A DNA stretch of 62,000 bases, from positions 5,015,066-5,077,065 of the forward strand of contig NC_057758.1 in the NCBI RefSeq assembly GCF_004010195.1. The letters are read 5' to 3'. Positions 1-12,944 of the stretch are shown here, one piece after another. The first letter of the stretch is position 1; each line of letters opens with the position of its first letter. Below the pieces are notes generated by a model. That model was not told where the DNA came from. It worked only from the letters and a program-made list of their open reading frames with translations, and made no database searches. The translations under genes and the position numbers were made by a program. The stretch is from Chiloscyllium plagiosum (Eukaryota).

Positions 1-2199
1 GCTGACTTCCGAACTGTCTGGATCACGCAGCAAGAAAAAGTAAGAAAAATAGATCATACAATGGCAATGTTCGCTGACACCATTCCTGCAATATGACAGA
101 ATGTTTGTACAGCACAATAAGCCGTGTTCCAGGGGAAGGTGTTTCGCATCAGCTCCTACTCAGACATATCCCTGGCAATGTGAAAACTTACCAATTATTT
201 CCAAGCCACTCATTGGAGAATAATTAGAGTCTGACCAACTGCCAAACACTCAGTACCATCACGATAGGCAAATTAGTTAAAGTTCTTTTTTGACACAGTT
301 GTTCCATCAGCACAGAAATAACCTGCTTTGTTGGATTCCAGATCGGTCTCCATATGAAGATCGTGCTGTTTTGTAAATGTTAATAATCCCGAATAGGGGA
401 ATGCATTGGCAGCTGGCGGAAGTTAAAAATCATTTAGAAATTATCGGGATCTGAAATCTGTTGTAAGTAATACTGATCTTGCAGCCAATGTCGATTGTAA
501 ACATCAATTTGCTTCTTCAAAATGCTTCCCGCAAGCAAATCTCCTGTACTTTCCTGGTTTGGCCGAAAAGTGACTCCAAACAGACAGACGTGTGATAAAC
601 TATTCAATGTTCTTTTAAGCGGCCAAGCAAGCCACTCAATTTTATGTAATTGCTCCGATAAAACTGGAAAGAAAAACGGGCCCCAGCCTCAGCATCGGAA
701 AAGGAAAGGGGAAACACAGTCATGTCAACACTGCAGAGACCTCCTTGCAACATCTGAGAGCTTGTGACAACATTTACATTGGTTTCCCACAGACTGCACA
801 GATATATCTGGAAAGGAGTACGCCAATCAATACGTTCAGCTTCCCCTATTCTAGTACACGACCGAACATCTCTTCAATGCACTTTTCCCCCACAATGCAC
901 ACATCGCTTAATGTGATTATAAATAAAAAATACCAACTTCTCTCCAACCCTTTCGCGTCTAGAAGTACCTAATTATATTCCATAGCTCTACGTGGTAGTG
1001 AATGCCCCAATTCAATTGTCTCAGAATGCAGACATTTATTCTCTTCTCAATGCAGAAACAAAGGTCCACAGCATGAGGGACCGGCAGGCCACTCTGCATT
1101 GAGTTGAGTATAAATGTCTGCACTCAGAGACTGGAAGTCTCCACCACATAAGGCTGTGGATGACAAGGTACTGAGTGTAAACAAGGTTTTCTGGACACTA
1201 TAGCGATGATGGTTGAACAGGGGTTTTGTGTGGAGATAGAAGATCAGCCGTCAGTAAACTGATTGGGGGAGAAAACGCAATGGACCAAAGGGACTAATGC
1301 AATTCCCATTTTGCATTTTCTTTTCCCAAAGATTCATTACTGTAAATTTTTTATGGGCGGGTTGACAAAAAAAAGTAAGTTTCAAGCTGAAAGGTGGGGA
1401 GGTTTAAGGGAAAGCTCTTCAGAAAGTGGATAGTGCCTGCCTGGAACACGTTATTAGCGAAGGTGGTCGAAGCAGGTACGATAGCATCCTTTATGATGCA
1501 TCTAGACAGATGCATGAATGAGCAGTTAGCAGAGGGATACAGATTCTTGGGGAGTTGGCGATAGGTGTAGATATAGGATCTGTATCGGCGCAGGCATTGA
1601 TGCTGATTTTAATGTCAGGTTCACTTGACAGCAGAAATAGTATAAAATGCAGTGAAGGGCTTTCATTTGTCTTCACATAAAGGCAGATACTTTCAGAGCA
1701 CAGAAAAATGAAAGGTATAGCTTGAAGAGAGTCTCTTGGTCCTGAGTTCCGAATCACCGTCAAAGACGTCTGTGCTGCCATCTATCTATAATAGCATCAC
1801 TGCAGTGCTTATTTTCCTCCACCGACGCTTCGTTGCCTCCAATGCCAGACCCAACAAGTTCAGAATCATGACTCTCACCGCTGAGCCCAACTCATCGATG
1901 GTGCTGTGATGCCCTTCCACAACTGTCTCAGTCTTACTTGTGTCGGCCTCAACCAACAACAAATTTGCTGATCCTCAGCCCTCATCATTTGTGTCTGGGC
2001 CAACGTCCCCAAAGTCGTCTCTACCGACGTAGCCGCCACCGATCCCAAGTCCACAACTTGCTCCGGGCAAGCAAGTAGGGATAGACGTTGCTCCACACTT
2101 GGCTTACTCGTTGTACATCCTAGCCACCGCTCGAAGTCTGCTTTATTTGCCCTGCTACATTATATCCACTCTGTCCATGTCCCTCAGAATCGTTTCCTT

Positions 2200-4560
2200 C
2201 TAAATTATACCCACCTCAGCCTTCACACCTCCAAAGCAAATAACCCGGGCTTATTCTCTTCATTGCTTATATGCTTCACCCCAAGGAAAATCCTGGACAT
2301 CCTCCTTGGCACGAATGACAGTGGAATAACATCCTTCGTGTAATGTGGTGACTAGAACTACACAGGTTTGTCTTTGTCTTGCCAAAGTCCAGTATATCTC
2401 TTATGATCTGCACCAAGATGAAAAAGTCAGTGCTTACGGCCTATGATCCCCAGTGACTTCTTAACTGTTCTATCATTATCAGTCACATTCAGGGATCTGT
2501 GGAGAAGCACCATTCGAGCTTTCTCATTTGCTGCCATTCATTGAGTACTCCGCTCTCTGGCTCCTTCTTCTGAACTGCATCGTCTCTGTATCGGGGTTAC
2601 ATTCCATCTGCAATTAATTTGCCGAACTGTCCATTGCATCTACAATTTCATGTAAAATTACACCTCCCTCCTCACTGCAACTACCCGGACATATTTATGT
2701 TAAACACAAACTTACACTTCCAAATTTAATGAATATTTAATGAATACCAAAAATAATACGAGACACAACACCGATCTCTCTAATGTACCAGCCGACCCTG
2801 TTCTCTCGTGACACAAACAACCTTCTACCAGCTGTCTCCTGGTACCAAGATAATATTCGATGTAACTTGCCAAGTTACACTTGATAACAAGAGATTATAC
2901 TTTACTTATCAATTTCCCACGTGGGGCTTTGTCAAAGGCCTTGCTAAAAGAAAACATACAAAGCAGCGCCTCGGAAAATTAATCAAACACATTCGTTCAG
3001 AATCACCACCTTCTGATACCTTCATGCTGATTATTGCAGATTAAACATGCTTCTTAATGTATGTTGATTTTCTCCTTCGCTATTTTCTACAATAATTTCC
3101 CTAACGCTGATCTGATATACATTTGTCTATATTTCCCTGATCTATCTTCACCACCCTTTCTGTATACAAGAAACACATTAGCTGTTCTCCAGCTCTCTAC
3201 CAGCTCCACTTTGGCCAAATTCTACTTAAACATTTGGCTCCTTGCTTTTCCTCCGTGGTCTCCCACATCAGTCTAAGATGCAACTCATCCGTGGATTTGT
3301 GCAATTTTGAATCAAACAATGCCATTAATCTCCCCACGCATATTGTATCAATCTGTTCAAGAACTTCACAGTCCATCTTCTCGAATTCTTTGCTTCATCC
3401 ATCTACTCCCAAGTAAGGCAGATACGAAGCTCTCATGTGACAATAAATCAATGTTCTTCAGCTTGACGCAGATTGTCTTCTTAGTTTCTAATGGGCCGTT
3501 ATTTTTCCTGGTTAAACTGCTGCTCTTGGTGTACTTGTAGAATATCTTGGGAGTCACCAGAATTTTGCTTGGAAGCACTCTGCATGTCGCCATGTTCGTC
3601 AATCCCATTTGTGTTAATTTTCTATGTTTCATTGCCAATACCTCTCATTATTTCGAAGACTGGATAATACTGGCCGAGTTTCCTCCTCAGACATCCTTGC
3701 CATCAAACAGAGAACATAGAACTTTGCAGCACAGGAAAGGCCAGTTCGGCCCACACCGTTATGCAGAACATGACGCCAAATTAAATTGATCCTTTGGACT
3801 GCCCTTGGCTCATAACCCTCCGATCCCTGCATATTTATGTGCTTATTCAAACGTTCCTTTAATGCCCTAATAGTGTCTGCCGCCACCACCACCCATGGAA
3901 GCACGTTCCAGACACCTACCACACTGTCTGTAAAAATCTTGCTCGTTACATCTCGTCTGAACTTGCCCCTCTCACATTAAATACATACTCCCTGGTATTA
4001 GACATTTCAAATCTGGGAAAAATAATCTCACCGTCAACCCGATCCATGCATCTCATAATTTCATAGACTTCTATCAAGTCTCCCGTCAGCCCTTCTTCTT
4101 GCCTCTCCTTATTGACCAGTGTTGCAGCTGTATTGAAAGCATTTCAGAAGATATATCACGAGATTGATTTCAGGTATGAGGAGTTTGTCTTATGGAGAGA
4201 CATTGGGCAATTCAGTTCTATACTCTCTGGGGTTTAGAAGCATGAGAGCAGAAGTTGCTGGAAGTGATTTACAATGTGATTGTGGAGTAGATATTTCCTC
4301 ATGTGGGCGAATTAAGAACAAGCAATCACAGTTACAGTGTAAGGCACACAGATTTCAAACTGGCGTGAGGAGAACATATGTGTCCAAAACTGATGAGAAT
4401 CCGTTCATTATCTACCGCAGACTGCAGCGAATGTTGTGACAATGCGTACATAAAGGTATGGTGAGCGAGCAGAAATGTGGAACTGAGGCCGCAATGACAT
4501 CAGCCAATGTTACGTTAAATGGCCGAGCAGACTTGAGGGGCTGAATTGCCGCCTGATGCT
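2200..4560. mobile_element. Cluster of degraded CR1 fragments (mostly minus; plus from about 4110)
   Basis: CR1 3' ORF2-like peptides (VVGVWN.LP..VV.A; LIEVYEIMR.MDRVD; LSYGETL). Confidence 0.6.
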
Positions 4561-5359
4561 CTTTTTTCGTTTTCAGCTCTTCGGATGTGCGACACAGGTA
4601 TGTGGTCGGACTGGTTATCAAACAGGAAGCAGGTATTCGGGATAAATCAATTCTCACATTAAATACATACTCCCTGGTATTAGACATTTCAAATCTGGGA
4701 AAAATAATCTCACCGTCAACCCGATCCATGCATCTCATAATTTCATAGACTTCTATCAAGTCTCCCGTCAGCCCTTACTGCTCCAAAGAAAACAATTCGG
4801 GTTCTTCTTGCCTCTCCTTATTGACCAGTGTTGCAGCTGTGTTGAAAGCATTTCAGAAGAGTACCACGAGATTGATTTCAGGTATGAGGAGTTTGTCTTA
4901 TGGAGAGACATTGGGAAATTCAGTTCTATACTCTCTGGGGTTTAGAAGCGTGAGAGCAGAAGTTGCTGAAAGTGATTTACAATGTGGTTGTGGAGTGGAT
5001 ATTTCCTCATGTGGGCCAATGAAGAACAAGCGATCACAGTTACAGTGTAAGGCACACAGATTTCAAACTGGCGTGAGGAGAACATATGTGTCCCAAACTG
5101 ATGCGAATCCGTGCATTATCTACCGCAGACTGCAGCGAATGTTGTGACAATGCGTACATAAAGGTATGGTGAGCGAGCAGAAATGTGGTACTGAGGCCGC
5201 AATGACATCAGCCAATGTTATGTTAAATGGCCGAGCAGACTTGAGGGGCTGAATTGCCGCCTGATGCTCTTTTTTCGTTTTCAGCTCTTCGGATGTGCGA
5301 CACAGGTATGTGGTCGGACTGGTTATCAAACAGGAAGCAGGTATTCGGGATAAATCAAT
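3970..5359 (+). repeat. Recent tandem duplication of about 700 bp
   Basis: 3970-4651 and 4652-5359 are near-identical; the first copy lacks about 27 bp (actgctccaaagaaaacaattcgggtt). Confidence 0.92.
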
Positions 5360-5828
5360 CTTGATACTTTTGAGGGACCAGTAAAGTCACACAGTGCCTC
5401 GTGATAGGTACTCAACTATTTGCAATTTGTGTCAATGATTTGGAGGGGTGAACCAAATGTATGATAACTGCATTTGGTGATAGCAGTAAGTTAAGCGGAA
5501 AATTAAAACATCTCGAGAAGGTCAACAGACTGCAAAAGAATAGAGAGATAAAGTCAATGGATAATAGTAAGCAGGTAATATATGAACTGACATTGTTGTT
5601 ATCCAAGGCAGAAAGGAAGGCAGTATGTTACGGAAACGAAGAGAAATTAAAGAACTTCTGGATATGTCGTCCCGTACTGCTTCGGAAGTTCTGGATCACA
5701 GAAGCAGTCACTGGCAGCTCGGTCCTCCCCTTGATATGAAGCTGCAGGTCGTGTTGGAGGATTTGACACCGCTCTTTGAATGGCTGCTTGTTCAATCAGT
5801 GTTCACTCATATTCTGCTTTTGGGTTAT

Positions 5829-5983
5829 TAGATTAGATTACAGTGTGGAAACAGGCCCTTCGGCCCAACAAGTCCACACCGACCCACCGAAGCGCAACCC
5901 AGCCATACCCCTACCCCTACATTTACATTTACCCCTTACCTAACACTACAGGCAATTTAGTATGGCCAATTCACCTAACCTGC
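5829..5983 (-). mobile_element. 5'-truncated HE1-like SINE flanked by an 89-bp direct repeat
   Basis: Near-identical to the 3' half of 21021-21315. Flanks 5740-5828 and 5984-6072 differ at one base. Confidence 0.85.
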
Positions 5984-7664
5984 AGCTGCAGGTCGTGTTG
6001 GAGGATTTGACACCGCTCTTTGAATGGCTGCTTGTTCAATCAGTGTTCCCTCATATTCTGCTTTTGGGTTATGTTTAGCTTTGGAAGCTGTTCATGGGAA
6101 AAGCCAGCTTAGACACAAAACATTCCTTCCAGACATATCCCATCCCCTTTAAAACACACACGCATACTCAGATGTGCTGTTGGCATTCTGATCTCGAAGA
6201 AGGCATTTAACAAGCTTACAGATGGTAGGCTAATTAGTATGGTTAGATAAACACGAAGAGGTCACGTTCAAGATAGAAGCACGCAATCCATTAACTGAGA
6301 AAATGTTGTAAAAACATGGAGAAAAAAAAGACAAGTGAAAATGTTGTAAAAACATGGAGAAAAAAAAGACAAGTGAGTGAGACTAACTGGAGATGTGAGA
6401 CCTTCGAGTCTCCAAATCACAAGAATGATAAAAATGAGTAAAGGTATTGCCAGATTAGCTGAAATGATTCGTGACATCAAATTCTGAAGAATTCGCGCTT
6501 TAGCAAAATGGTAGGATACAGAGGGAGATGGTGGAGTGTTACTTTACAGACTGGAGGAAACTGATCAGTGGTGTGCCATAAGGTTCATGGCTGGGTCCAC
6601 TGATTTTGGACATTTATGTAAATGATCTGAGTATAAATCTAGGAGGAATGGTTAGTAAGTTTGCAGTTGACAACAAAATTGGATGCATAGTGAAGTAAAG
6701 AAGGTTACCTCCGAGTACAACAGGAGCTTGTACTCAATGGGCAGGGGAGTTTAATTTGTCTAAATGTGATGTGCAGCATTTTGGAAAAGCAAATCAGGGC
6801 ACGACTCATACATTAAATGGAAAGATCCCAGCGAGTGTTGCTGAACAAAGACGTGACCCAAACCTGCTAAAACCCCCTGTCCCAATTGGAACACCACATG
6901 GGACACACAGGAAGTAAACATCAGCCGGATACATACCATTTCATTGCTTCTGGACTTCACAATGTCAATACTCGATATACTGGGGAAACAAAAATCAAGA
7001 GCAGGGAAAGATACAGAGGGGCAGAAGAGGTCACGTTCAAGGTAGAAGCAGGCAATCCATTAACTGAGAAAATGTTGTAAGAACATGGAGAAAAAAGACA
7101 AGGGAGTGAGACTAAATGGAGATGTGAGACCTTCGCGTTTCCAAATCACAAGAATGATAAAACTGAGGAAAGGCATTGCCAGATTAGCTGAAATGATTCG
7201 TGACATCAAATTCTGAATCTGTGTCACAGAACCAACTGAGACACCATAAATTGGGGCGAGATATGGCACAGCACGGAGAACTGTGCAGACTGTTACTGCA
7301 TAGATCAATCAACTTAACTATCTGCCCAGGATAGGGAGCGCTGCAAACTGTTGCCAAGATACTTTCATCGTATCTTAATACTGTCTGGCATGGGAAATTT
7401 TGTAGCCCATACTGTGAATGACACTAAATGGGCCTCTGACAATTAGGCACAGAGATCCCAGTGCAGCTACATGCCCTCGTCTGCCTTATCTGGAACGAGG
7501 GGAGTATCCAGGGAGAGCTCCGAGATGTCACCAGAAGAGGGAACCATTCATACTGTGGTAACTACAGGGATCACCCTGCTCTGGAATGTTGGAAAACTCA
7601 TTGCTATGATCTATGTCACCCATCTCCTCCCTGTGGCTGATTAACTCCTCCCAGAATCACAGTG

Positions 7665-8265
7665 AGGCTACTGGCCATGGAGGGACACAAGCGACATGAT
7701 TTTCACCGTGTGACAGCTGCAGGAGATGTGCATAGAACAAAACCTCTAACTGTGCATGGTCATCTTCGACCTTACAAATAACTTTGACTCAGTCATGTGG
7801 AATACATTATGGAGAACCCTACTTCACTTTGGCTACACCATGAGGTTTGTCCCCGTTCTTCCCCATGACTGACACGAGACTCGCCAAGCAGGTGCTCTAC
7901 TCCGAGCTCCGAACATGCATTCGAGCTCCAGTTGGACAGAGGAACAGCTTCATGGTTACCCTCAAGGTCTCACTGGTGGACTGCAGCATTCCCCCGACAC
8001 CTGGGAACCACTAGGCCAAGACCGTCCAAAGTGAATGAGGAGCATTGGGAAGGCGTCGAGCAACCTCGGACTTGCCGACGGGAAAAACGGTAATCCAGGA
8101 GGAAACAGAACAAGGAGCGCATTGCTACCCTACCGCCCCACCCACCCCCTTCCCACGGCCACCTTCTGCTCCAAGTGTAACAGAGTCGGTGCAAGGCCAC
8201 ATAGGTTAATATAGCACCCAACAGACACAGCTTGAGCGAGTGTTTTCCTCGTCTGTGACCCATCA
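7665..8265 (+). mobile_element. RTE-clade LINE remnant
   Basis: Degenerate RT segment (GTSDMIF..QLQE.C.EQ..FDL...FDSV...LW..L..FG) joined to C-terminal RLAKQVLYSEL. Confidence 0.65.
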
Positions 8266-8559
8266 CCAATGAGATGATGAGATGAGAAGACTAAATTCCG
8301 ACACAATTATTCCAGTGCTTTTGTTGCAAATTCCAATAATTCCCTGTTAAGGCAGTGTCTGATAATGTAATGCATTCAGGGGATCTTCGCACTGTGCTTC
8401 TACTTTTGTGTTCTGACCCTTACTACTCAGAATGTGCATTCGTTCTCATTCACAATCTGAAACCTCATATTTATTATTAATTGCATTGCTAACCTTAACT
8501 ACGGGAGCTCCCCATGCTGCTTCCCATTCTGCCTTGATATCCACAATGCTGTGTCGCGC

Positions 8560-8700
8560 TGAATGCTAATGCACCCCTGATGTTCACCCTGTGACCAGGT
8601 CTCCCTAATGGTGATCAGACAGAAATCCCAAATCCGCAGTGCATATACCTTATTGAAGAGACATTGTGCATTCAAATCAAGAAACAGTACTTTACTTCTT
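8560..8700 (-). mobile_element. CR1 endonuclease N-terminal remnant
   Basis: LNAQCLFNKV...ITIRETW resembles the CR1 motifs NARS..NK and ITETW. Confidence 0.5.
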
Positions 8701-10049
8701 AAGCACAAACTCCTGTCACATCCCTATTTGCCACCGTACAAATTTAAATCAACTTCGTCTCTTCCTATTCCTTTCTGCTTTTCTTCTGCCACATCCCCTT
8801 GGTTTTCTGAAATTTCAAACTTCTCGTTTGACTTTCCATTTTCCTTTCACCTTGTGCCGTGGCCCTCCTCGTCGGTGTCAGATAAAAAATTGTGCATATT
8901 CTTTGTAATATAGTTGACCAGGGCACTAGCCCCAGTATAGTATCAGAGGAACCCATTCCAATATAATAGCACACGTATCCCTTCAATGTCGTAACAGTGC
9001 CCACTGAACGAAAACCACTTCTTCTGACATTATTGTTTAATCTTGAAATCCTCCTGCTTTTTTGTGTTATCAGTGTATCTGTAACTCTCCATGTGGTATC
9101 TTCATAAAGCCCTGCAATCTCGCCTGTCCCTATAAGCCCCTCTTACCAGAAAAAAATCAACTCATCCTTATATGTGAATTTGACTCTAATCCCTGTATAC
9201 TTCCCAATCTGAGTAATCTTCTCCAGCCTTCCTTATCTATGCAAACATGTCTTCAGCACCTCTCGCCATTCCTGTCAGTGTAATCTTTTCCAGACTGGAA
9301 AACCTCCGTAACATTGTAACAGCCTGAATTTCCTACTCGCAACATGATCATTGTAACTTTCCCTATAACTACACAAAAAGCGCCCTACCTTTGTCACCTC
9401 CTCCCCTTGTCTCTGTACCATATGCAGAGCTGTCCTACGTCTCACGTCACATAGTCTGTACAGTCATAATGATGATTGTAAAGTCCTCCTGTCGCTAAAT
9501 CACATTCAATCTCTGTAAACGCTGATGATATGTATTCATGTAATCGCTTTCTGTCACAGGACTACTTTACACATTTAACTTCTTTCAGACGTGACAACAC
9601 TGTTTTGTTTCCTTAAGAAGGGCTCATGCCCGAAACGTCGATTCTCCTGCTCCTTTGATGCTGCCTGACCTCCTGCGCTTTTCTCGCAACACATTTTTCA
9701 ATTCTGTTTATTTTCAATACCAACATGAACTCCCAAAATACTCCCTGTGACTGTAACGTTTCCCCATCTCTGCACATCTCAGTCTCTCTTTTAAGCCCTC
9801 ACATTTCCAATGATTTGTCTTTTGCTGTCACCTGTTCTAGCCTCCACAGCCCTCCGTATCTCCAGTTACTACAGCTTCCCTTTCCCTAACTGCCACCAGT
9901 CACTAAAGTATCAGAGTGCCTGGTGAGAGCAGGAACAGTGCACACAGTTAGAAGACCTGTTGTGATCTCATTGAAAGTTGACGCAGGCTCGAGTGGCCAA
10001 ACGGTTGCCACCTGCTACTTTTCCTATGTTTGCCTGACATCTCAATAAA

Positions 10050-12085
10050 CGCCTTCAGTCCCCACGTCCCTTCCTACCTATGAAACCTCCTTCAGTCCTC
10101 ACGACCTTCCCCATCTGTGTAACCTCCTTCAGACCCCACAACCTTCCCCATCTGTGTGACGTCGTTCAGTCCCAACGATCCTCTGTATCTGTATAAACTC
10201 CTTCAGCATCCACGAGTCTCCTGACCTGGTTAACCTCCTTCGGTATACATGACTCTCCCTATCTCCATAATCTCCTTCATTCCCCACGATTGTGCTTATC
10301 TGTGTAAACTTCGTCAGTCCCCATGGCGATCCCTATTTCTGTCTCCTTCAATTCCCACGTCACTCCCGAATTGTGTAAACTGCTTCAGTCTCCACAGCCC
10401 TCATGATGTGTGTAATTGCTTCATTGCCCTCGACGCTCCTTACCTAAATAACCCCCTTCTGTGCCACAGCCCTCCTTAATTCCCTCACCCCTCCCTATCT
10501 GTGTAACCTCCGTCAGACCCCAAGTCCCTCCCTGTCTGTCTAACCTTTTACAGTCACCACGGCTATCCCTATCACTATAATCTCCTTTAAGTAACCATGC
10601 CGCTCGCTATCTATGTAACCTACTTCAGCCCCCACTGCCATCAGGATCTATGTAATTCCTTCAGTGCCCACGGTCCTCCTTATTTGTGAAAACTCCTTCA
10701 GTGCCTACGAGCCTCTTTATCTGCGTAACGTCCTTCACTGCCCACGACGCTCGCGCTCTATGTCACCACCTTCAGTCTCCACGAGCCTACCAATCTGAGT
10801 AACCTCCTTCAGTGCCCACAAAACTCCGTATCTGTGTAGATTCCTTCTGTGCACACGACTCTCCTGATGACCATAATCTCCTTCAGTCTCCACGACCCAG
10901 CTTATCCATGTCACCTCTCTCATTCCCCACGGTTCTCCCTCTCAGTATAATCTTCTTCAGTCCCCACGACCCTTCTAAGTTCCATAACCTACTTCAGACC
11001 CAACGACACGCCTTAACTGTGTAAACTCTTTCGGTACCCATGGCTGTCCCTCGCTGCGTTACCTCCTTCAGTCGCCACGCACTCCCTTTCTCCATAACCG
11101 CTACCAGTTCCCACGGACCTCCCTATTTGTGTAACCTCCTTCAGTCCATACTACGCTTCCTATCTGTATAGCCTCCTTCAGAATCCACGGAATTCCTTTC
11201 CTGTGTGAACTCCTTGAATCCCCACAGTACTCACTTCTTGTGTAATCAGCGTCAGTCCCTAAGACTCTGCCTTGCTACACAAACTCCTTTAATCTCCAAG
11301 ATCCTCCTTATCTGCGTAACTTCCTTCAATCCCCATGACACCCCCTGTAATGTTCTACCGTCCCTACGACTGCCATTTCCATGTAACCTCCTTCAGTTCC
11401 CCATGACACACCCTACCTGCCATACTTCCTTCAGTCCCCATTACCCTCCCCATCTGTGTAACCTCCTTCAGTCCCCACGGCCCCATTATCTCTATAACCT
11501 CCTTCATTCCCTCGACCCTCCCTATCTGTGTAATCTCGTTCAGTCCCCACGGACCTCCCCTTCTGTGTAGCATTCTTCAGTAACCATGGCCCTCCCTAAC
11601 TCCATAACCTCCTTCAGTCCCCACAATACTCTCTATCGGTGTAACCTCCTCAGTTTCTACAGCCCTCACGATCTGTTTTACTCCTTCAGTGCCCACGGCA
11701 CTCCCCGTCTGTGTAACCTCCTTCAGGACCCACCACACTCCCTATTTGTGTAACCTCCTTCAGTCCCCACGTCCTCCCGTTCCATGGAAATTTCTTCTGT
11801 CCCCACGACAGTTGCTCTCTGTATAACCTCGTTCAGTTCCCACGGTTCCCCTATCTACGAAACCGGCTTCACTCCCCACAGACCTCCCAATCTGTGTAAT
11901 CACGTGCAGTCCTCACGGCTATCCCTATCTCTGTGACTTCCTTTAGTCCCCATGCCCCTAAATATCTCTATAACCTCCTTCATTGACTGGACCCTTCCAA
12001 TCTGCGTACACCCCTTCAGTCCCCACTGCCTTCCCTATCTGTCCAGCATACTCAAGCTCCCTATCACTGTAAACTCCTTCATCAA
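10050..12085 (+). repeat. Degenerate minisatellite, 37-bp unit (consensus about CCTCCTTCAGTCCCCACGACCCTCCCTATCTGTGTAA), roughly 55 copies
   Basis: Unit starts at 10086, 10123, 10160. More decayed similar sequence extends left toward about 9100. Confidence 0.92.
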
Positions 12086-12199
12086 AGCCTAGAACACCCC
12101 CAGAGTGAAGAACTTCCTTCCCATCTCTGTGCTCAATGGGTGAGACCTTGCTGGGATTTTATGCCCTCTGGTTACAGATTCTCACACAATCAAAAACAA

Positions 12200-12930
12200 A
12201 GAAAGTGGCAAAAGTAATTATTGCAGACGACAACAAAGTTTGTGGAGTTGTGCACAATGAGGACGGATATCAATGGTTGCAGCAGGATAGAGTTCGGTTG
12301 AAATGTTTAGGTGGAGATAAGGCAAAGAGAGTTTAACTAGACATATCTAATATCTTCGCGCTTGTGTATTGCTCCATGAAAGTGACAATACAATTTGGTG
12401 AGTCTGGATAAAAAGCAGATGGCATGGCTGCCCTCATCGTCCACAAAACTGAGAAGGAATGTTTGCATGTCATGGTGTAAGTAAATTAAACTTTTGTTTG
12501 GCCATATTTGAAATAGCATGTGCAGTTCACATCGCCACACGATAGGCAGTATATGGAGGATTTGGAAAGGGTGTAAAAACAGATTACCAATATGTCGCCT
12601 GTATTACGTGTTTTCACAGTGTATTTGATGTAAGGTAAGATTGAACAAATTTGGACTGTTTTGTTCGAGTCGATTGCGAATGGATTCCCGTGTGGATTTA
12701 TATAATATTAGTGAGAAGCAAAAAAAACGTGGATAGTCGAAATCTCTTTTTCAGTGTAGAAGAGTTAAATACAAATTTGCACAAGATTGTGGTGAGATGG
12801 CTAAAGTTTAAATGAGAATTGCGAAGTAAGTTTGTTTTTGCAATGAGGATGGAAAGTGCCTTGGGAACTACTCAATGCAGAAATGAGAACCCAGTCTTTA
12901 AGTGGCACCTCAATAGACACATGTGGGTTG
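12200..12930 (+). mobile_element. Degraded CR1 ORF2 3' fragment
   Basis: IADDNKVCGVV.NEDGYQ.LQQD followed by CR1 3'-type sequence. Confidence 0.6.
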
Positions 12931-12944
12931 GGTGTACAGAAAGG

